Source of the DNA: Methanobacteriota archaeon
Lineage (GTDB): Archaea; Thermoplasmatota; Thermoplasmata; SG8-5; DAIRED01
NCBI GenBank assembly: GCA_043799545.1
Contig: JAZDNO010000014.1
Coordinates: 1-64,000 of the forward strand
DNA: 64,000 nt
Reading direction: 5' to 3'
Each line of letters opens with the position of its first letter. Within the stretch, counting starts at the first letter, position 1. Positions 41,308 to 52,851 of this stretch are shown piece after piece. The notes under the pieces were generated by a model, which saw nothing but the letters and a program-made list of their open reading frames with translations, ran no database searches and was not told the origin of the DNA. The position numbers and the translations under genes are program-made.

Positions 41308-41475
41308 GGGCCCGTAGCTCAGCTAGGTAGGAGGGGCCGCACGCGACCTCTCTCTAGTAAGAGCGTCTGGCTTTTAGCCGCCGGGGACAAGCTCCCATGC
41401 GGGTAAGACACCAGAATGTCCGGGGTTCGAATGACGCTGCCTCCGGGCACCGCTCCGAAATTCCCCGCGGGCCCG
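41308..41475 (+). tRNA. tRNA-Lys (anticodon UUU) with three introns at 20/21, 37/38 and 59/60
   Basis: Removing 41329-41359, 41377-41409 and 41432-41461 gives GGGCCCGTAGCTCAGCTAGGTAGAGCGTCTGGCTTTTAACCAGAATGTCCGGGGTTCGAATCCCCGCGGGCCCG. All four stems pair, the T-loop reads TTCGAAT and position 73 is G. A TATA-like ATTATATA lies near 41254. Confidence 0.93.
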
Positions 41476-41586
41476 CAGCCAATGATTGCATGGGCGGCAA
41501 TCGCGGAGTGGGTGACAAGATGGCAAAAAACCCAGAAAACCAACAATCAGGATTCTCAGGCAATACTGCAAAGAGGAGCTGAAAGC

Positions 41587-41844
41587 ATGGACGACTTCAA
41601 CGTGCTAGAGCACGATCTAGTTCCTTCCCACATCCTTCTCTCGGAGAAGGAGGTCGCGGAAGTGCTTCAGAAGTACGGGATAGGGAAGGACCAGCTTCCC
41701 AAGATTCGGCGCACGGACCCTTGCGTGAGGGCCATAGAGGACGCCATGAACAAGGACATCGAGGAGGGCTCGATGATAAAGATAGTGCGCAACAGCCCTG
41801 TGGCAGGAATGATTGTAAGCTACCGGGTGGTCGTCAAGGGATAG
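41587..41844 (+). CDS. rpoH: RNA polymerase subunit H (Rpo5)
   Basis: FNVLEHDLVPSH, QLPKIRRTDP, IKIVRNSPVAG...YRVV. AGGAG RBS; the ORF-track call from 41416 runs through the tRNA. Confidence 0.96.
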   Translation: MDDFNVLEHDLVPSHILLSEKEVAEVLQKYGIGKDQLPKIRRTDPCVRAIEDAMNKDIEEGSMIKIVRNSPVAGMIVSYRVVVKG

Positions 41845-41852
41845 GTGTGTAA

Positions 41853-44800
41853 ATGCGAGAGATTGTCGAGGGATTCTTCAGGGAGCGCAGCATCGTCAAC
41901 CACCACATAGCATCGTTCAACGACTTTCTGCCAACGATTGAGAATATAAACAGCAGGATGCAGCTAATCGTGGACAACGTCAGGATATCCAAGAACGAGG
42001 GGCTGCGCGGTGTCATACGGCTGGACGAGGACCGCACGGATGGAAAGATTGTTGATATACGGATTGGGCGCAAGCGCAACCCGGCAACGGGCGAGGTCGC
42101 GCCGCAGACCAAGGCCACAATCATCGTCGGAGCGCCGACGGTCAAGGAGGCCAACGGTGCGACGCACACGCTCACGCCGATGGAGGCCAGGCTCAGGAAC
42201 GTGACCTACCAGGCCCCTATAAATCTGGAATGCACGATAATCGAGGACGGTTTCGAGAACGAGCCGGAGATGGTCCACATCGGCGACCTGCCGATTATGG
42301 TCCGCTCGAGGAAGTGCAACCTCCACGAGAACAACATCGATGCGATGTTCGAGAAGCTGCCCGAGGAGCAGGTGGTCAAGCTGGGCCAGGACGACAAGCT
42401 GGCGAAGCTCGGCGAGGACCCGTGCGACCCCGGCGGATACTTCATCGTGGGCGGCACGGAGCGCGTGCTCATCTCGCTGGAGGACCTGGCGCCGAACAGG
42501 GTCATGGTCGAATTCAACGAGCGCTACGGCACGAAGATGGAGGTCGCCAAGGTATTCTCGCAGCGCGAGGGGTACAGGGCGCTTACGCTCATGGAGAAGA
42601 AGCGCGACGGACTTCTAATGGTCTCAATAGCGGCCGCAACTGGCCAGATACCGCTGATAATCCTGATGCGCGCCCTCGGGATGGAGAGCGATGAGGACAT
42701 CTACAACGCCATAGTCGCCGATGCCGCGATGGCGAACCTCGTTTATGCGAACATCGAGGAGTGCAAGAGCATCAAGAACTACCCGCCGGACGGAATAAAC
42801 AACACCGAGCAGGCGATGCTCTTCCTGGAGAAGAAGTTCGCCACCGGCCAGGCCAAAGAATACAGGGAGAAGAAGGTCGAATCGATAATCGATAAGTCCC
42901 TGCTTCCTCACCTGGGCGATTCAAAGGAGGACCGCCTGAAGAAGGCCATCTTCCTCGGGAGGATAGCAAAGAACGTCATAGAGCTCAGCCTCGGGAAGCG
43001 CAGCGAGGACGACAAGGACCACTACGCCAACAAGCGCCTGAAGCTCTCGGGCGACCTGATGGAGGACCTTTTCCGCGTCTCGTTCACGAACCTCATGAAG
43101 GACCTGAAGTACCAGCTTGAGCGCGGCTACGCGAAGAAGAAAGGCGTCAACATCAAGTCGGCGATACGCCCTGACCTCTTGAGCCAGCGCATACTCCACG
43201 CCCTTTCGACCGGAAACTGGGTCGGCGGGCGCACCGGAGTCTCGCAGCTTCTGGACCGCACCTCGAACGTCTCCTCGATGAGCCACCTCAGGAGAGTCAC
43301 CTCGCCTTTGACACGCAGCCAGCCTCACTTCGAGGCGCGCGACCTACACCCGACGCAGTGGGGAAGGCTTTGCCCCAACGAAACGCCTGAGGGCCAGAAC
43401 TGCGGGCTCATGAAGAACTGCGCCCTGCTGGTCGACGTGAGCGAGCGCTCCCACGAGGCGGAGGTCAAGCACATCCTGAACGACCTGGGTCTGAAGGAGG
43501 TCAAGACGCAGCAGATCGCCGGAACGCGCGTGTACGTGAACGGGGACCTGGTCGGAGTGCACGACCACCCCGTCGACCTGGCCGAGGAGATGAGGCAGAG
43601 GCGCAGGGCCGGCATGATATCCAACGAAATCAACGTGCGCTACGACGCGAAGATGAACGATATAATAATCAACTGCGACGAAGGACGCCTCAGGCGTCCG
43701 CTCATGGTCGTCCGCAATGCAAGGCTGGCGCTCACGCGCAAGCACGTGGACAGCCTGGTCGTCGGGAAGGTCAGGGTGGCGGACCTTGTCAAGGAAGGGC
43801 TAATAGAATGGATAGACGCGGAGGAGGAGGAGGACTCGTTCATCGCCGTCAACGCGTTCGAGACTCCGGGCGCGTGTCCGGGATGCAAGAAGCCCCTCTC
43901 GCCCACGGACGTGGCGTGGATGAACATGGGCTCGGCCGACGACGAGGTCTCCCTGAAATGCAAGTTCTGCGACAAGGAGTTTTCAACCCCCAAGCTGCTG
44001 AAGAAGGAGCACACGCACATGGAGATAGACCCCCTGCTCATACTCGGCGTCGCCTCGGGAATGGTTCCATACCCGGAGCACAACTCGTCGCCCCGCATCA
44101 CGATGGGCTCCGCGATGGCAAAGCAGTCTCTAGGTGTGAGCGACTCGAACTACCGCATCAGGCCGGACACGCGCTCCCACCTGCTCCACTACCCGCAGCG
44201 CCCGCTGACGCAGACGAAGATAATGGATTTCGTGCATTACCAGCGCAGGCCCGCTGGCCAGAACTTCGTAGTGGGCGTAATCTCGTACCACGGCTACAAC
44301 ATGGAGGATGCCCTGATAATGAACAAGTCGTCCATAGAAAGAGGGTTGGGCCGCAGCACATTCTTCAGAACTTACAGGGCGGAGGAGCGCCGGTACCCCG
44401 GTGGTCAGGAGGACCACTTCGAAATTCCCTCGCCCGACGTCAGGGGGGCGCGCGCAGACCTGTCGTACAACAACCTGAGCGAGGACGGGCTCATAAGCCC
44501 GGAGGTGCATGTGAAGGGCAGCGACGTTCTCATAGGCAAGACCTCGCCGCCGCGCTTCCTCGAGGAGGACATAGATTTCCTGACGCCCCAAAAGAGGCGG
44601 GAAACATCGGTCACAGTGAGGCCCGGGGAGGAAGGCTGGGTCGACAGCGTGATGCTCACCGAGACAGAGAACGGCTCGCGGCTGGTCAAAGTCAAGGTCC
44701 GCGACCCGCGCATACCCGAACTCGGCGACAAGTTCGCATCGAGACACGGCCAGAAGGGCGTCATCGGACTCATAGAGAAGCAGGAGAACATGCCATTTAC

Positions 44801-45464
44801 CGCCGACGGCATGACCCCGGACCTGGTCATCAACCCGCACGCCATTCCGAGCCGCATGACCGTGGCGCACGTTCTCGAGATGATTGGCGGCAAGGTCGGC
44901 TCGATGGAGGGTCGCTTCATAGACGGCACGCCGTTCAGCGGGGAGCGGGAGGAGTCGCTCCGCCAGGGGCTGGAGGACGCCGGTCTGAAGCACAACGGCA
45001 GAGAAGTCCTGTACGACGGCAAGACTGGCAAGAAGATAAAGGCCGACATCTTCGTTGGCGTCATCTACTACCAGAAGCTGCACCACATGGTCGCAGGGAA
45101 GATGCACGTCCGTTCGCGCGGTCCGGTCCAGATTCTTACGAGGCAGCCGACCGAGGGCCGTTCGAGGCAGGGAGGCCTGAGGTTCGGGGAGATGGAGCGC
45201 GACTGTCTCATCGGGCACGGCGCGGCGATGGTCATCAAGGACCGATTGCTGGACGAGTCCGATGGAACAACGCAGTTCGTGTGCGGCAACTCGGAATGCG
45301 GGCACATCGCATTCATGGACCGCCGCGGCACGGTCAGGTGCCCGGTCTGCGGCAACAACTCCAACGTCCACCCTGTCCAGACATCGTACGCGTTCAAGCT
45401 GCTGATGGACGAGCTTCTGTCGCTCGGAGTGGCCATGCGCCTGCAACTGGAGGAATTGAAATGA
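41853..45464 (+). CDS. rpoB: RNA polymerase subunit B (Rpo2, unsplit)
   Basis: [59 protein letters not shown]. Confidence 0.98.
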   Translation: MREIVEGFFRERSIVNHHIASFNDFLPTIENINSRMQLIVDNVRISKNEGLRGVIRLDEDRTDGKIVDIRIGRKRNPATGEVAPQTKATIIVGAPTVKEANGATHTLTPMEARLRNVTYQAPINLECTIIEDGFENEPEMVHIGDLPIMVRSRKCNLHENNIDAMFEKLPEEQVVKLGQDDKLAKLGEDPCDPGGYFIVGGTERVLISLEDLAPNRVMVEFNERYGTKMEVAKVFSQREGYRALTLMEKKRDGLLMVSIAAATGQIPLIILMRALGMESDEDIYNAIVADAAMANLVYANIEECKSIKNYPPDGINNTEQAMLFLEKKFATGQAKEYREKKVESIIDKSLLPHLGDSKEDRLKKAIFLGRIAKNVIELSLGKRSEDDKDHYANKRLKLSGDLMEDLFRVSFTNLMKDLKYQLERGYAKKKGVNIKSAIRPDLLSQRILHALSTGNWVGGRTGVSQLLDRTSNVSSMSHLRRVTSPLTRSQPHFEARDLHPTQWGRLCPNETPEGQNCGLMKNCALLVDVSERSHEAEVKHILNDLGLKEVKTQQIAGTRVYVNGDLVGVHDHPVDLAEEMRQRRRAGMISNEINVRYDAKMNDIIINCDEGRLRRPLMVVRNARLALTRKHVDSLVVGKVRVADLVKEGLIEWIDAEEEEDSFIAVNAFETPGACPGCKKPLSPTDVAWMNMGSADDEVSLKCKFCDKEFSTPKLLKKEHTHMEIDPLLILGVASGMVPYPEHNSSPRITMGSAMAKQSLGVSDSNYRIRPDTRSHLLHYPQRPLTQTKIMDFVHYQRRPAGQNFVVGVISYHGYNMEDALIMNKSSIERGLGRSTFFRTYRAEERRYPGGQEDHFEIPSPDVRGARADLSYNNLSEDGLISPEVHVKGSDVLIGKTSPPRFLEEDIDFLTPQKRRETSVTVRPGEEGWVDSVMLTETENGSRLVKVKVRDPRIPELGDKFASRHGQKGVIGLIEKQENMPFTADGMTPDLVINPHAIPSRMTVAHVLEMIGGKVGSMEGRFIDGTPFSGEREESLRQGLEDAGLKHNGREVLYDGKTGKKIKADIFVGVIYYQKLHHMVAGKMHVRSRGPVQILTRQPTEGRSRQGGLRFGEMERDCLIGHGAAMVIKDRLLDESDGTTQFVCGNSECGHIAFMDRRGTVRCPVCGNNSNVHPVQTSYAFKLLMDELLSLGVAMRLQLEELK

Positions 45465-48265
45465 ACGTCAAGGGAGTATCCAGAAGGATCCAGGGAATCA
45501 AGTTCGCAATGATATCGCCGGACGAGGCCCGCAGGATGTCGTCCATTAAAATCATCACTGCCGACACGTACGACGACGACGGTTTCCCCATCGAGATGGG
45601 CCTTATGGACCCCCACATGGGAGTCATAGAGCCAGGGCTGCGCTGCAAGACGTGCGGCGGAAAGGTCGATGACTGCCCCGGGCACTTCGGGCACATAGAC
45701 CTGGCGATGCCAGTGATTCACGTTGGCTTCGTCAAGGACATCATGAGGGTGTTGCAGTCCACATGCGCAAACGCGAAGTGCGGGCGCATACTCCTCACCG
45801 CCGAGCAGATAACGGAGCAGGAGGACGAGCGCGTCAAGGCCAGGAAGCTCGGGAGCGACGCCATAGACATGGAGCTGCTGACCAAGCAGACGGCCAAGAA
45901 CGCCTCGCTGCGCACGATTTGCCCCCACTGCGGCACAGAGCAGAAGAAGATATCGCTCGACAAGCCCACGACGTTCCGCGAGGACGGCCACAAGCTCACG
46001 CCGAAGGAAGTCCGCGAGAGGCTCGAGCGCGTGAAGGACGAGGATTTGCCAGTGCTGGGAATAAACCCCAAGGTCGCCCGCCCGGAGTGGATGGTCCTGA
46101 CTGCCCTGCCGGTTCCGCCCGTAACGGTCCGCCCGTCGATAACGCTCGATTCCGGCGACAGGTCGGAAGACGATTTAACGCACAAGCTCGTCGACGTGCT
46201 GCGCATCAACCAGCGCCTGAGGGAAAACAGGGACACCGGTGCCCCACAGCTGATAGTCGAAGACTTGTGGGAGCTCTTGCAGTACCACGTGACCACTTAT
46301 TTCGACAACCAGACCTCGGGCATCCCGCCTGCGAGGCACAGGAGCGGGCGTCCGCTCAAGACCCTCGTCCAGAGGCTCAAGGGCAAGGAGGGGAGGTTCC
46401 GCTCGAACCTGTCCGGAAAGCGCGTAAATTTCTCCGCGCGCACGGTGATATCCCCGGACCCGTACCTCTCCATAAACGAGGTCGGGATTCCGGTCGAAGC
46501 CGCGAGGGAACTGACGATACCGATACGCGTGACGCAGTTCAACATCGAGGCCTGCAAGGTGCTGGTGAAGCGCGGAACGGACCCGGTCCAACCGGACGGC
46601 AAGTACGTCCCGGGCGTCAACTACGTGCTGAGGATAGACGGTAGGCGCATCAAGGTCACGGAGAAGAACGCGGAAGTGACAGCGGACACTTTGGAAATCG
46701 GCCAGACCGTAGAGAGGCAGCTTGTAGACGGGGACATCGTGCTCTTCAACAGGCAGCCGTCGCTGCACAGGATGTCCATGATGGCCCACGAAGTTCGAAT
46801 CATGGACCACAAAACGTTCCGTTTCAACCTCTGCGTCTGCCCGCCTTACAACGCGGACTTCGACGGGGACGAGATGAACCTCCACGTCCTGCAGGGCCAG
46901 GAGGCCATCGCCGAGGCGCGAATACTAATGCGCGTGCAGGAGAACATCCTGTCGCCGAGGTTCGGCGGCCCGGTCATCGGAGCCATACACGACCACATAA
47001 CAGGCGCCTTCATGCTCACCCACGGGGCCAAAACCAGCTTCACCAGGGACGAGGTGCTGCTGATACTTTCCATGGTGAGGGGCCTCGAAATCCCGAAACC
47101 GAGGAAGGGCGAGGGCGAGGCGCGCTGGTCCGGCAAGGACATCTTCAGCATGACCCTTCCGAAGGGGCTGAACATCACCTTCAAGTCGTCGGTGTGCCAG
47201 AAGTGCGACGTCTGCAAGAAGGACGACTGCGACATAGACGCCTGGGTCAGGATTGTCAACGGGAAGCTCGAGTGCGGGACGATAGACGAGAAGGGAATCG
47301 GCGCTTTCAAGGGCAAGATTCTTGACCGCATAGCCCGGGACTACGGAACCGAGGCTGCGCGGGTGTTCTTGGAGAGGGCGACGAGGATTTCCATAGGCGC
47401 CATCATGGTGAACGGCTTCACGACGAGCATTCAGGACGAGGACATCCCGGAGGATGCCAAGACGGAAATCAGGGAGACGCTGACGGCGGCGATAGCGGAG
47501 GTCACGGACTACGTGCGCCAGTACAACGACGGCTCCCTCGAACCGATGCCAGGACGCTCGGTCGAGGAGACGCTGGAGGTCATGGCCATGAGGGCCCTGG
47601 GAAAGGCGCGTGACAAGGCCGGAAGGATTGCGGGCAAGCACCTGGGATTGGAGAACCCCGCGGTCGTCATGGCCCGCAGCGGGGCGCGCGGCTCGATGCT
47701 CAACTTATCGCAGATGGCCGGATGCATCGGCCAGCAGGCCGTTCGCGGCGAGCGCCTGGGCAGGGGATATCAGGACCGCACTCTGCCCCACTTCCCCCGC
47801 GGGGACAGGGGCGCAGACGCAAAGGGCTTCGTCAAATCCTGCTACAAATCCGGGCTCAACCCGACCGAGTACTTCTTCCACAGCATGGGGGGGCGCGAGG
47901 GGCTGGTCGACACGGCCGTCCGCACGTCCCGCTCGGGCTACATGCAGCGCAGGCTCATCAACGCCCTCGAGGACCTGAAGGTCAAGGCCGACGGCTCTGT
48001 GCGCAACACCTACGGCACTGTGATACAGTTCAAGTTCGGCGACGACGGAATCGACCCCGCGAGGAGCATCCAGGGCAAGTCGGTCGACCTCGACGAAATA
48101 ATCACCGACGTCCTGGGAAAGGAGCACCTGGACAGGCTTGGCGAGAGGGACATCAAGGAGATAGCCGGATACGGAGGCCTGGAGAAGGACGCCGAAGTCG
48201 AAGTAGAGGTCGAGGGACCGGGCGAGGATGAGATTGAGCCAGACGCCGGCGGAGGTGAGTTGTAA
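45461..48265 (+). CDS. rpoA1: RNA polymerase subunit A' (Rpo1N)
   Basis: [16 protein letters not shown], catalytic [25 protein letters not shown]. Start MNVKG at 45461. Confidence 0.98.
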   Translation: MNVKGVSRRIQGIKFAMISPDEARRMSSIKIITADTYDDDGFPIEMGLMDPHMGVIEPGLRCKTCGGKVDDCPGHFGHIDLAMPVIHVGFVKDIMRVLQSTCANAKCGRILLTAEQITEQEDERVKARKLGSDAIDMELLTKQTAKNASLRTICPHCGTEQKKISLDKPTTFREDGHKLTPKEVRERLERVKDEDLPVLGINPKVARPEWMVLTALPVPPVTVRPSITLDSGDRSEDDLTHKLVDVLRINQRLRENRDTGAPQLIVEDLWELLQYHVTTYFDNQTSGIPPARHRSGRPLKTLVQRLKGKEGRFRSNLSGKRVNFSARTVISPDPYLSINEVGIPVEAARELTIPIRVTQFNIEACKVLVKRGTDPVQPDGKYVPGVNYVLRIDGRRIKVTEKNAEVTADTLEIGQTVERQLVDGDIVLFNRQPSLHRMSMMAHEVRIMDHKTFRFNLCVCPPYNADFDGDEMNLHVLQGQEAIAEARILMRVQENILSPRFGGPVIGAIHDHITGAFMLTHGAKTSFTRDEVLLILSMVRGLEIPKPRKGEGEARWSGKDIFSMTLPKGLNITFKSSVCQKCDVCKKDDCDIDAWVRIVNGKLECGTIDEKGIGAFKGKILDRIARDYGTEAARVFLERATRISIGAIMVNGFTTSIQDEDIPEDAKTEIRETLTAAIAEVTDYVRQYNDGSLEPMPGRSVEETLEVMAMRALGKARDKAGRIAGKHLGLENPAVVMARSGARGSMLNLSQMAGCIGQQAVRGERLGRGYQDRTLPHFPRGDRGADAKGFVKSCYKSGLNPTEYFFHSMGGREGLVDTAVRTSRSGYMQRRLINALEDLKVKADGSVRNTYGTVIQFKFGDDGIDPARSIQGKSVDLDEIITDVLGKEHLDRLGERDIKEIAGYGGLEKDAEVEVEVEGPGEDEIEPDAGGGEL

Positions 48266-49728
48266 TGGCGCGAAAGGACACGGTCAACGCGCTGATAAAG
48301 CGCGGAATAAGCGCGAAGATATCCGAGGCGCTGGCCAACGGCGGTTTCAGCATCCCGAAGCTCAAGAAGACCCCGTTCAGCGTCATTCTGAGATACGTGA
48401 GCCAGGAGGACGCCGAGGAGGTCCTGAGGCGCATCGGTGCCAGGAAGATAGAGGGCGACCAGGTGCCGGCCGAAGCGCCGGAGAAGGAGAAGCCGGAGAA
48501 GGCCAAGAAGGTCGAGAAGCGCGTGCGCCGCAAGATAACGATTCCCGACAAGATACCGAAGCAGACCAAGGCCGAGGAGACGATAGCTGAGGTCGCGGGG
48601 GAGATGGACATCGAGCTCCCGCCAAAGTTGATTGGGGAGATCGCGGAGAGAGTGAAGGCTACGAAGATGACCGGGCCCGTGCTGAGGAAGGTGCTGAAGG
48701 CGGTCGACGAGCGCTTCCAGGAGCACAAGATGGACCCGCACGAATCCATAGGGATAGTCTCGGCGCAGTCCATCGGCGAGCCAGGAACGCAGATGACGAT
48801 GCGTACCTTCCACTATGCCGGAGTCGCGGAAATCAGCGTCACCCTGGGTCTGCCCCGGCTTATAGAAATCGTTGATGCCAGGCGCGAGCCGAGCACTCCG
48901 ATGATGGAGGTATTCCTCAAGGACTCCATCAAGAACGACCAGAACGCGGTCAAGAAGCTGGCTGCCCACATCGAGGCCACGAAGCTGAACAGCGTGGCGG
49001 AGGTCCAGCCGGACATCACGAGCATGCAGATAGTCGTCAGGCCGAATGCGGAGAAGATGAGCCGCAAGGGTCTGACGATAGACACGATAGTCTCAGCTCT
49101 CAAGGACGACAGGCGCGTCCGAGGCGAGGTCGACACCGAGGGAAAGACCGTGGTCGTGCGCTGCGACGACCCGACCTACAAGAAGCTCCAGCAGTTGATG
49201 GAGACTGTCAGCGACTGCAAGATTAAAGGCGTGGACAGGATAAAGCGTTGCGTCATCAAGGCCTTCCCCGGCGAGGGGTACAGGATTTACACAGAGGGCT
49301 CGAACCTCGCCGACGTCCTTATCATGGACGACGTGGATGCCAAGCGCACGACGACCAACAGCATCGTGGAGATAAGCAACGTCCTGGGCGTAGAGGCCGC
49401 GCGGTCCTCGATAATCAACGAGGCCAGCAGGACCCTGGAAGAGCAGGGGCTGACCGTGGACACGAGGCACATAATGCTCGTCGCGGACATGATGACGAAC
49501 GACGGCGACGTGAAGGCCATAGGCAGGCACGGGATATCAGGTAGGAAATCCAGCGTGCTGGCAAGGGCGGCGTTCGAGATAACGTCCACGCACCTGCTGA
49601 GGGCGGGGACGACCGGGGAGACCGACGGCCTCTCTGGTGTGGCGGAGAACATCATCGTGGGACAGCCAGTGACTGTCGGCACGGGGGCGGTAAACCTGAT
49701 TTACTCCCCGAAGAAGACCAAGAGGTGA
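48265..49728 (+). CDS. rpoA2: RNA polymerase subunit A'' (Rpo1C) with N-terminal extension
   Basis: [44 protein letters not shown]. About 100 extra N-terminal residues. Confidence 0.97.
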   Translation: MARKDTVNALIKRGISAKISEALANGGFSIPKLKKTPFSVILRYVSQEDAEEVLRRIGARKIEGDQVPAEAPEKEKPEKAKKVEKRVRRKITIPDKIPKQTKAEETIAEVAGEMDIELPPKLIGEIAERVKATKMTGPVLRKVLKAVDERFQEHKMDPHESIGIVSAQSIGEPGTQMTMRTFHYAGVAEISVTLGLPRLIEIVDARREPSTPMMEVFLKDSIKNDQNAVKKLAAHIEATKLNSVAEVQPDITSMQIVVRPNAEKMSRKGLTIDTIVSALKDDRRVRGEVDTEGKTVVVRCDDPTYKKLQQLMETVSDCKIKGVDRIKRCVIKAFPGEGYRIYTEGSNLADVLIMDDVDAKRTTTNSIVEISNVLGVEAARSSIINEASRTLEEQGLTVDTRHIMLVADMMTNDGDVKAIGRHGISGRKSSVLARAAFEITSTHLLRAGTTGETDGLSGVAENIIVGQPVTVGTGAVNLIYSPKKTKR

Positions 49729-49732
49729 ATGC

Positions 49733-50005
49733 ATGGACATACTGAGCGCGCTGAAGTCCGCCGTGACGACCGGCAAGGTCATGTACGGCGCGGACCAGGC
49801 GAGGAAGGCGCTGAAGGGCGGAAAGGCCAAGATGCTCGTGGTGGCGGCTAACTGCCCCGACCGGGAGATAATGGCCGAGAAGGGCGTGCGCATACTGAAG
49901 TTCGAGGGAAGCGGCATAGACCTCGGCGCGGCGTGCGGAAAGCCTTTCAATGTCTCGGTGCTTACAATCCTCGACCCAGGCGAATCGGCGATAATGTCGG
50001 CCTAG
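49733..50005 (+). CDS. rpl30e: 50S ribosomal protein L30e
   Basis: TGKVMYGAD, VAANCP, DLGAACGKPF. Confidence 0.95.
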   Translation: MDILSALKSAVTTGKVMYGADQARKALKGGKAKMLVVAANCPDREIMAEKGVRILKFEGSGIDLGAACGKPFNVSVLTILDPGESAIMSA

Positions 50006-50013
50006 TGAAGAAA

Positions 50014-50439
50014 ATGACCGAATACACCCTTACGCAGGACACGCTGCAGGCTATCGCGCTGTTCGAGCGCATCACGAAAATATCCGTGATTGACTGCTTA
50101 GACACTCCTGAGAAAATCCTTTTTCTCGTGAAAGAGGGGAATGCGACCCGCGCCGTTGGCAAGGAGGGGGAGCACGTGATTCGCCTGCACGAGCGCTTCC
50201 AGAAGAACATCCAGATTGTCGAGTTCTCGCAGGACCCCATCGTATTCGTGAAGAACGTCTTCCACGGCTACAAGGTTCTAGGAGTGGATGTGGAGACGCG
50301 CGGCAAAGTGATTCACGCGACTGTGAAGGTAGACCCGCAGGAGAAGGCCAAGGCGATAGGGAAGGCGGGGCGGAATCTCCGGCTCATGCGCGACCTCATA
50401 AACAGGCACCACAACATACAGAGCGTGAGCGTGGCTTAA
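50014..50439 (+). CDS. nusA: Archaeal transcription factor NusA
   Basis: Two KH domains (RAVGKEGEHV, KAIGKAGRNL); canonical operon position. Confidence 0.94.
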   Translation: MTEYTLTQDTLQAIALFERITKISVIDCLDTPEKILFLVKEGNATRAVGKEGEHVIRLHERFQKNIQIVEFSQDPIVFVKNVFHGYKVLGVDVETRGKVIHATVKVDPQEKAKAIGKAGRNLRLMRDLINRHHNIQSVSVA

Positions 50440-50442
50440 GCC

Positions 50443-51750
50443 CTAATCCATCGGCTTCCCCTTCTTCTTCTTCCCGAAGCTCAGCTTCGCCGTGAGCAGC
50501 TTTTCAGTGGAAAACATCCGCGCGGCCAGGTAAAGCACGACCGCCGTGAACGCCACCTGGTAAACGATTCCCAAGGCGATGAGCCCGTACTGGTGCGTGT
50601 AAAGCGCCTTCGCCGCGAGTATCGGATAGGTGAACGGCACAGCGTACAGCGCGCCCTGGAGCGCGGCCGGCAGAACCTGTATCGGGGATATCATGAGGAC
50701 CACCGCCGGTACCATGACGGGCACGTAGAGGATTCCCATCAACGATTGTGCGCTTCTGACGTCCTGCGTGTAGGCGGCCAGCAGGACCGCGAGAGACAGG
50801 GCCGCGATGAACGAGAGGAAGAGGGAGACAATCATCAGGGCGTAGCCTGCCATGTCGGGGGCGAGCCCGATTGCGGCGAGGTCCACCGAGCCGGCGCCGG
50901 TCTGGAAGCTGCTCATGTAGTACCCGAATCCGGCGACATAGGACAGCGTTGCGATGAGCGAGACGACAACGACACCCGCAAGCTTGCCCAGCAGGATGTT
51001 GATGCGCCTGATGGGCAGCGTGAGCAACACTTCCAGGGTCTTCTGCTCCTTCTCCATCGCCACGGAAGTCGCAGCGAGCTGTCCGGCCATGATGATGAGA
51101 AGCATGATGACTATGGGCATGGTCGTGGTTGTCGAGAGCATCGTCGTCACGACGATTTGCGGGTTCGCATCCTCGATGCTCCCATGGATCACGGACGAGG
51201 AGTGTGCTCTGGCCGGGGACAGGAGCGCCTCGTAGCTGGAGTTCGAGTACGCTTCCTGGAGGCGCTGGGCCGTCAGGATGTCGTTGAACGCGTTCACCGC
51301 GTTCTCCACGCGCTGCGCCCCCGCCGCCTCGGATAAGCCGTAGTATGTGAGCACCTGGTAGATTTCCACCTCGGATGATCCTCCGCCTTCGATCAACTCC
51401 GTGAAGTTGGCGGGGATAACGACCAGAGTTTGGAAACCGGTGTCGATGCTCCAGCGCACGGCAGCGGTCGTCTCCTGCGGGTCTATGTATTCGAGGGTCA
51501 GGTTCGCCCGCCCCATCACGAAGTTCAGCATGCCGGACATGTTGCAGCTGCCCTCCGTCCTGTCGAGATCCATGACGGCTATCTCCATCCTGGCGAGCTG
51601 CTTCTCCTCCGCGTCTATGCCGGCGCGTATCGCGCCGCCCATCATCGGGAATATCAGCAGCGGGACGATTATCATCCCAATGACCAGCTTGGGGTCCCGG
51701 AATATCTCCCTAAGCTCCTTTACAACGATGTTCCAGAGATGGTTAGGCAC
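50443..51750 (-). CDS. ABC-2 type exporter permease (NatB-like)
   Basis: KELREIFRDPK, extracellular loop, EKEQKTLEVLLTLP...GKL. Confidence 0.9.
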   Translation of the reverse strand: MPNHLWNIVVKELREIFRDPKLVIGMIIVPLLIFPMMGGAIRAGIDAEEKQLARMEIAVMDLDRTEGSCNMSGMLNFVMGRANLTLEYIDPQETTAAVRWSIDTGFQTLVVIPANFTELIEGGGSSEVEIYQVLTYYGLSEAAGAQRVENAVNAFNDILTAQRLQEAYSNSSYEALLSPARAHSSSVIHGSIEDANPQIVVTTMLSTTTTMPIVIMLLIIMAGQLAATSVAMEKEQKTLEVLLTLPIRRINILLGKLAGVVVVSLIATLSYVAGFGYYMSSFQTGAGSVDLAAIGLAPDMAGYALMIVSLFLSFIAALSLAVLLAAYTQDVRSAQSLMGILYVPVMVPAVVLMISPIQVLPAALQGALYAVPFTYPILAAKALYTHQYGLIALGIVYQVAFTAVVLYLAARMFSTEKLLTAKLSFGKKKKGKPMD

Positions 51751-52471
51751 GGCCGACCGCCCCCAGGAATACTTCCTCCAGGTTCGGGGCGGAATGCCTT
51801 TCCTTCAGCTCCGTCGGAGTTCCGACCTCGATGATTCGCCCCTTGTCTATCAGCCCGACCCTGTCGCACAGGAATTCGACTTCCAGCAGGTTGTGGGATG
51901 AAATAATCGCGGTGCCCCCGCCTTCTCGTATCGCGCGCTTGACCTCGTGGCGGACGTAGTGGCCGTGCATCACGTCCAGGCCGGCCGTCGGCTCGTCCAG
52001 TATCGCCACGCGCGGCGAGGTCATCAGCGCCCTGCCGATTTGCAGCCTCCGCTTCATCCCCTTGCTGTACTCCTTGATTCTGGAATCGATGCGCGCGCCC
52101 AAATCCGCTATGCGCATGCCGCGTTCCACCATCAGGGCTATGTTGCCGCCGTAAAAGCCGGCCATGAACTGGAGGTATTCGCGCCCGGAGAGGTTCTCGT
52201 ACGCGCCGGCGTCCTCTGGCAGGTAGGAAATTAGCCCGCGCACCGCTATCTCGTCGGTCGCGACGTCGTGGCCCATGATGGTCACCTTTCCCTCGGTGGG
52301 TTTGAGAAGCGTGGAAAGGATTCTGATGGCGGTGCTTTTGCCAGCGCCGTTCGGACCTATCAGGCCAAAAATCTCCCCATGTCGTACTGAGAGGTCTATG
52401 CCATCCAGCGCCCTGACTCCTCCCGCGTAGACTTTGACGAGCCCCTGCACGACGACGGCGTCAGAAACCAT
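51743..52471 (-). CDS. ABC exporter ATP-binding subunit
   Basis: GPNGAGKST, YSKGMKRR, ILDEPTAGLD, SSHNL. Confidence 0.95.
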   Translation of the reverse strand: MVSDAVVVQGLVKVYAGGVRALDGIDLSVRHGEIFGLIGPNGAGKSTAIRILSTLLKPTEGKVTIMGHDVATDEIAVRGLISYLPEDAGAYENLSGREYLQFMAGFYGGNIALMVERGMRIADLGARIDSRIKEYSKGMKRRLQIGRALMTSPRVAILDEPTAGLDVMHGHYVRHEVKRAIREGGGTAIISSHNLLEVEFLCDRVGLIDKGRIIEVGTPTELKERHSAPNLEEVFLGAVGRA

Positions 52472-52528
52472 GATGTTCGATACCGACGCGTGGCTATATA
52501 ACCGTGTCGCAGGAGATTCCTGGGAGGA

Positions 52529-52666
52529 CTAGGCGTACTGTTCGTAGTCGAACCTCACGCCCAAAGCGGTCAGCGCTTCGTAGAGCTTCTGGCGCACGCT
52601 CCCATCGTAATCGCGGGGGTAGATTGTTATCTTCTCGTAATCTAGCTGGCTTCGCAGGTTTTTCAT
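52529..52666 (-). CDS. Small hypothetical protein (45 aa), absent from the ORF track
   Basis: MKNLRSQLDYEKITIYPRDYDGSVRQKLYEALTALGVRFDYEQYA. GGAGG RBS 6 nt upstream and host-like C/G third positions. Confidence 0.6.
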   Translation of the reverse strand: MKNLRSQLDYEKITIYPRDYDGSVRQKLYEALTALGVRFDYEQYA

Positions 52667-52851
52667 TTTTCGCCTCCATGTACGATATGTTTTAGGGCAT
52701 ACTTATCCTTATGTAACTAAATATCAATACAGAATGTCACAAATCATGGGCTTTTTCATAACACTAAATAGCAGCAATCCGGAACGTGTGTTCCACGACT
52801 CCATCCCCGCCCGCAACAATTTTTATAGGGAATGTCCCGCATCCCCCCCCG

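Noticed and set aside
41319-41586. ORFs 41319-41546, 41354-41563, 41374-41571, 41397-41582 and the 5' part of 41416-41844.
   Set aside because: They overlap the intron-containing tRNA-Lys. rpoH has its own RBS and start at 41587.
43808-45460. Apparent 550-aa N-terminal extension of RpoA' in the 1485-aa ORF.
   Set aside because: It is an alternative frame of rpoB in GC-rich DNA. The conserved RpoA' starts at 45461.
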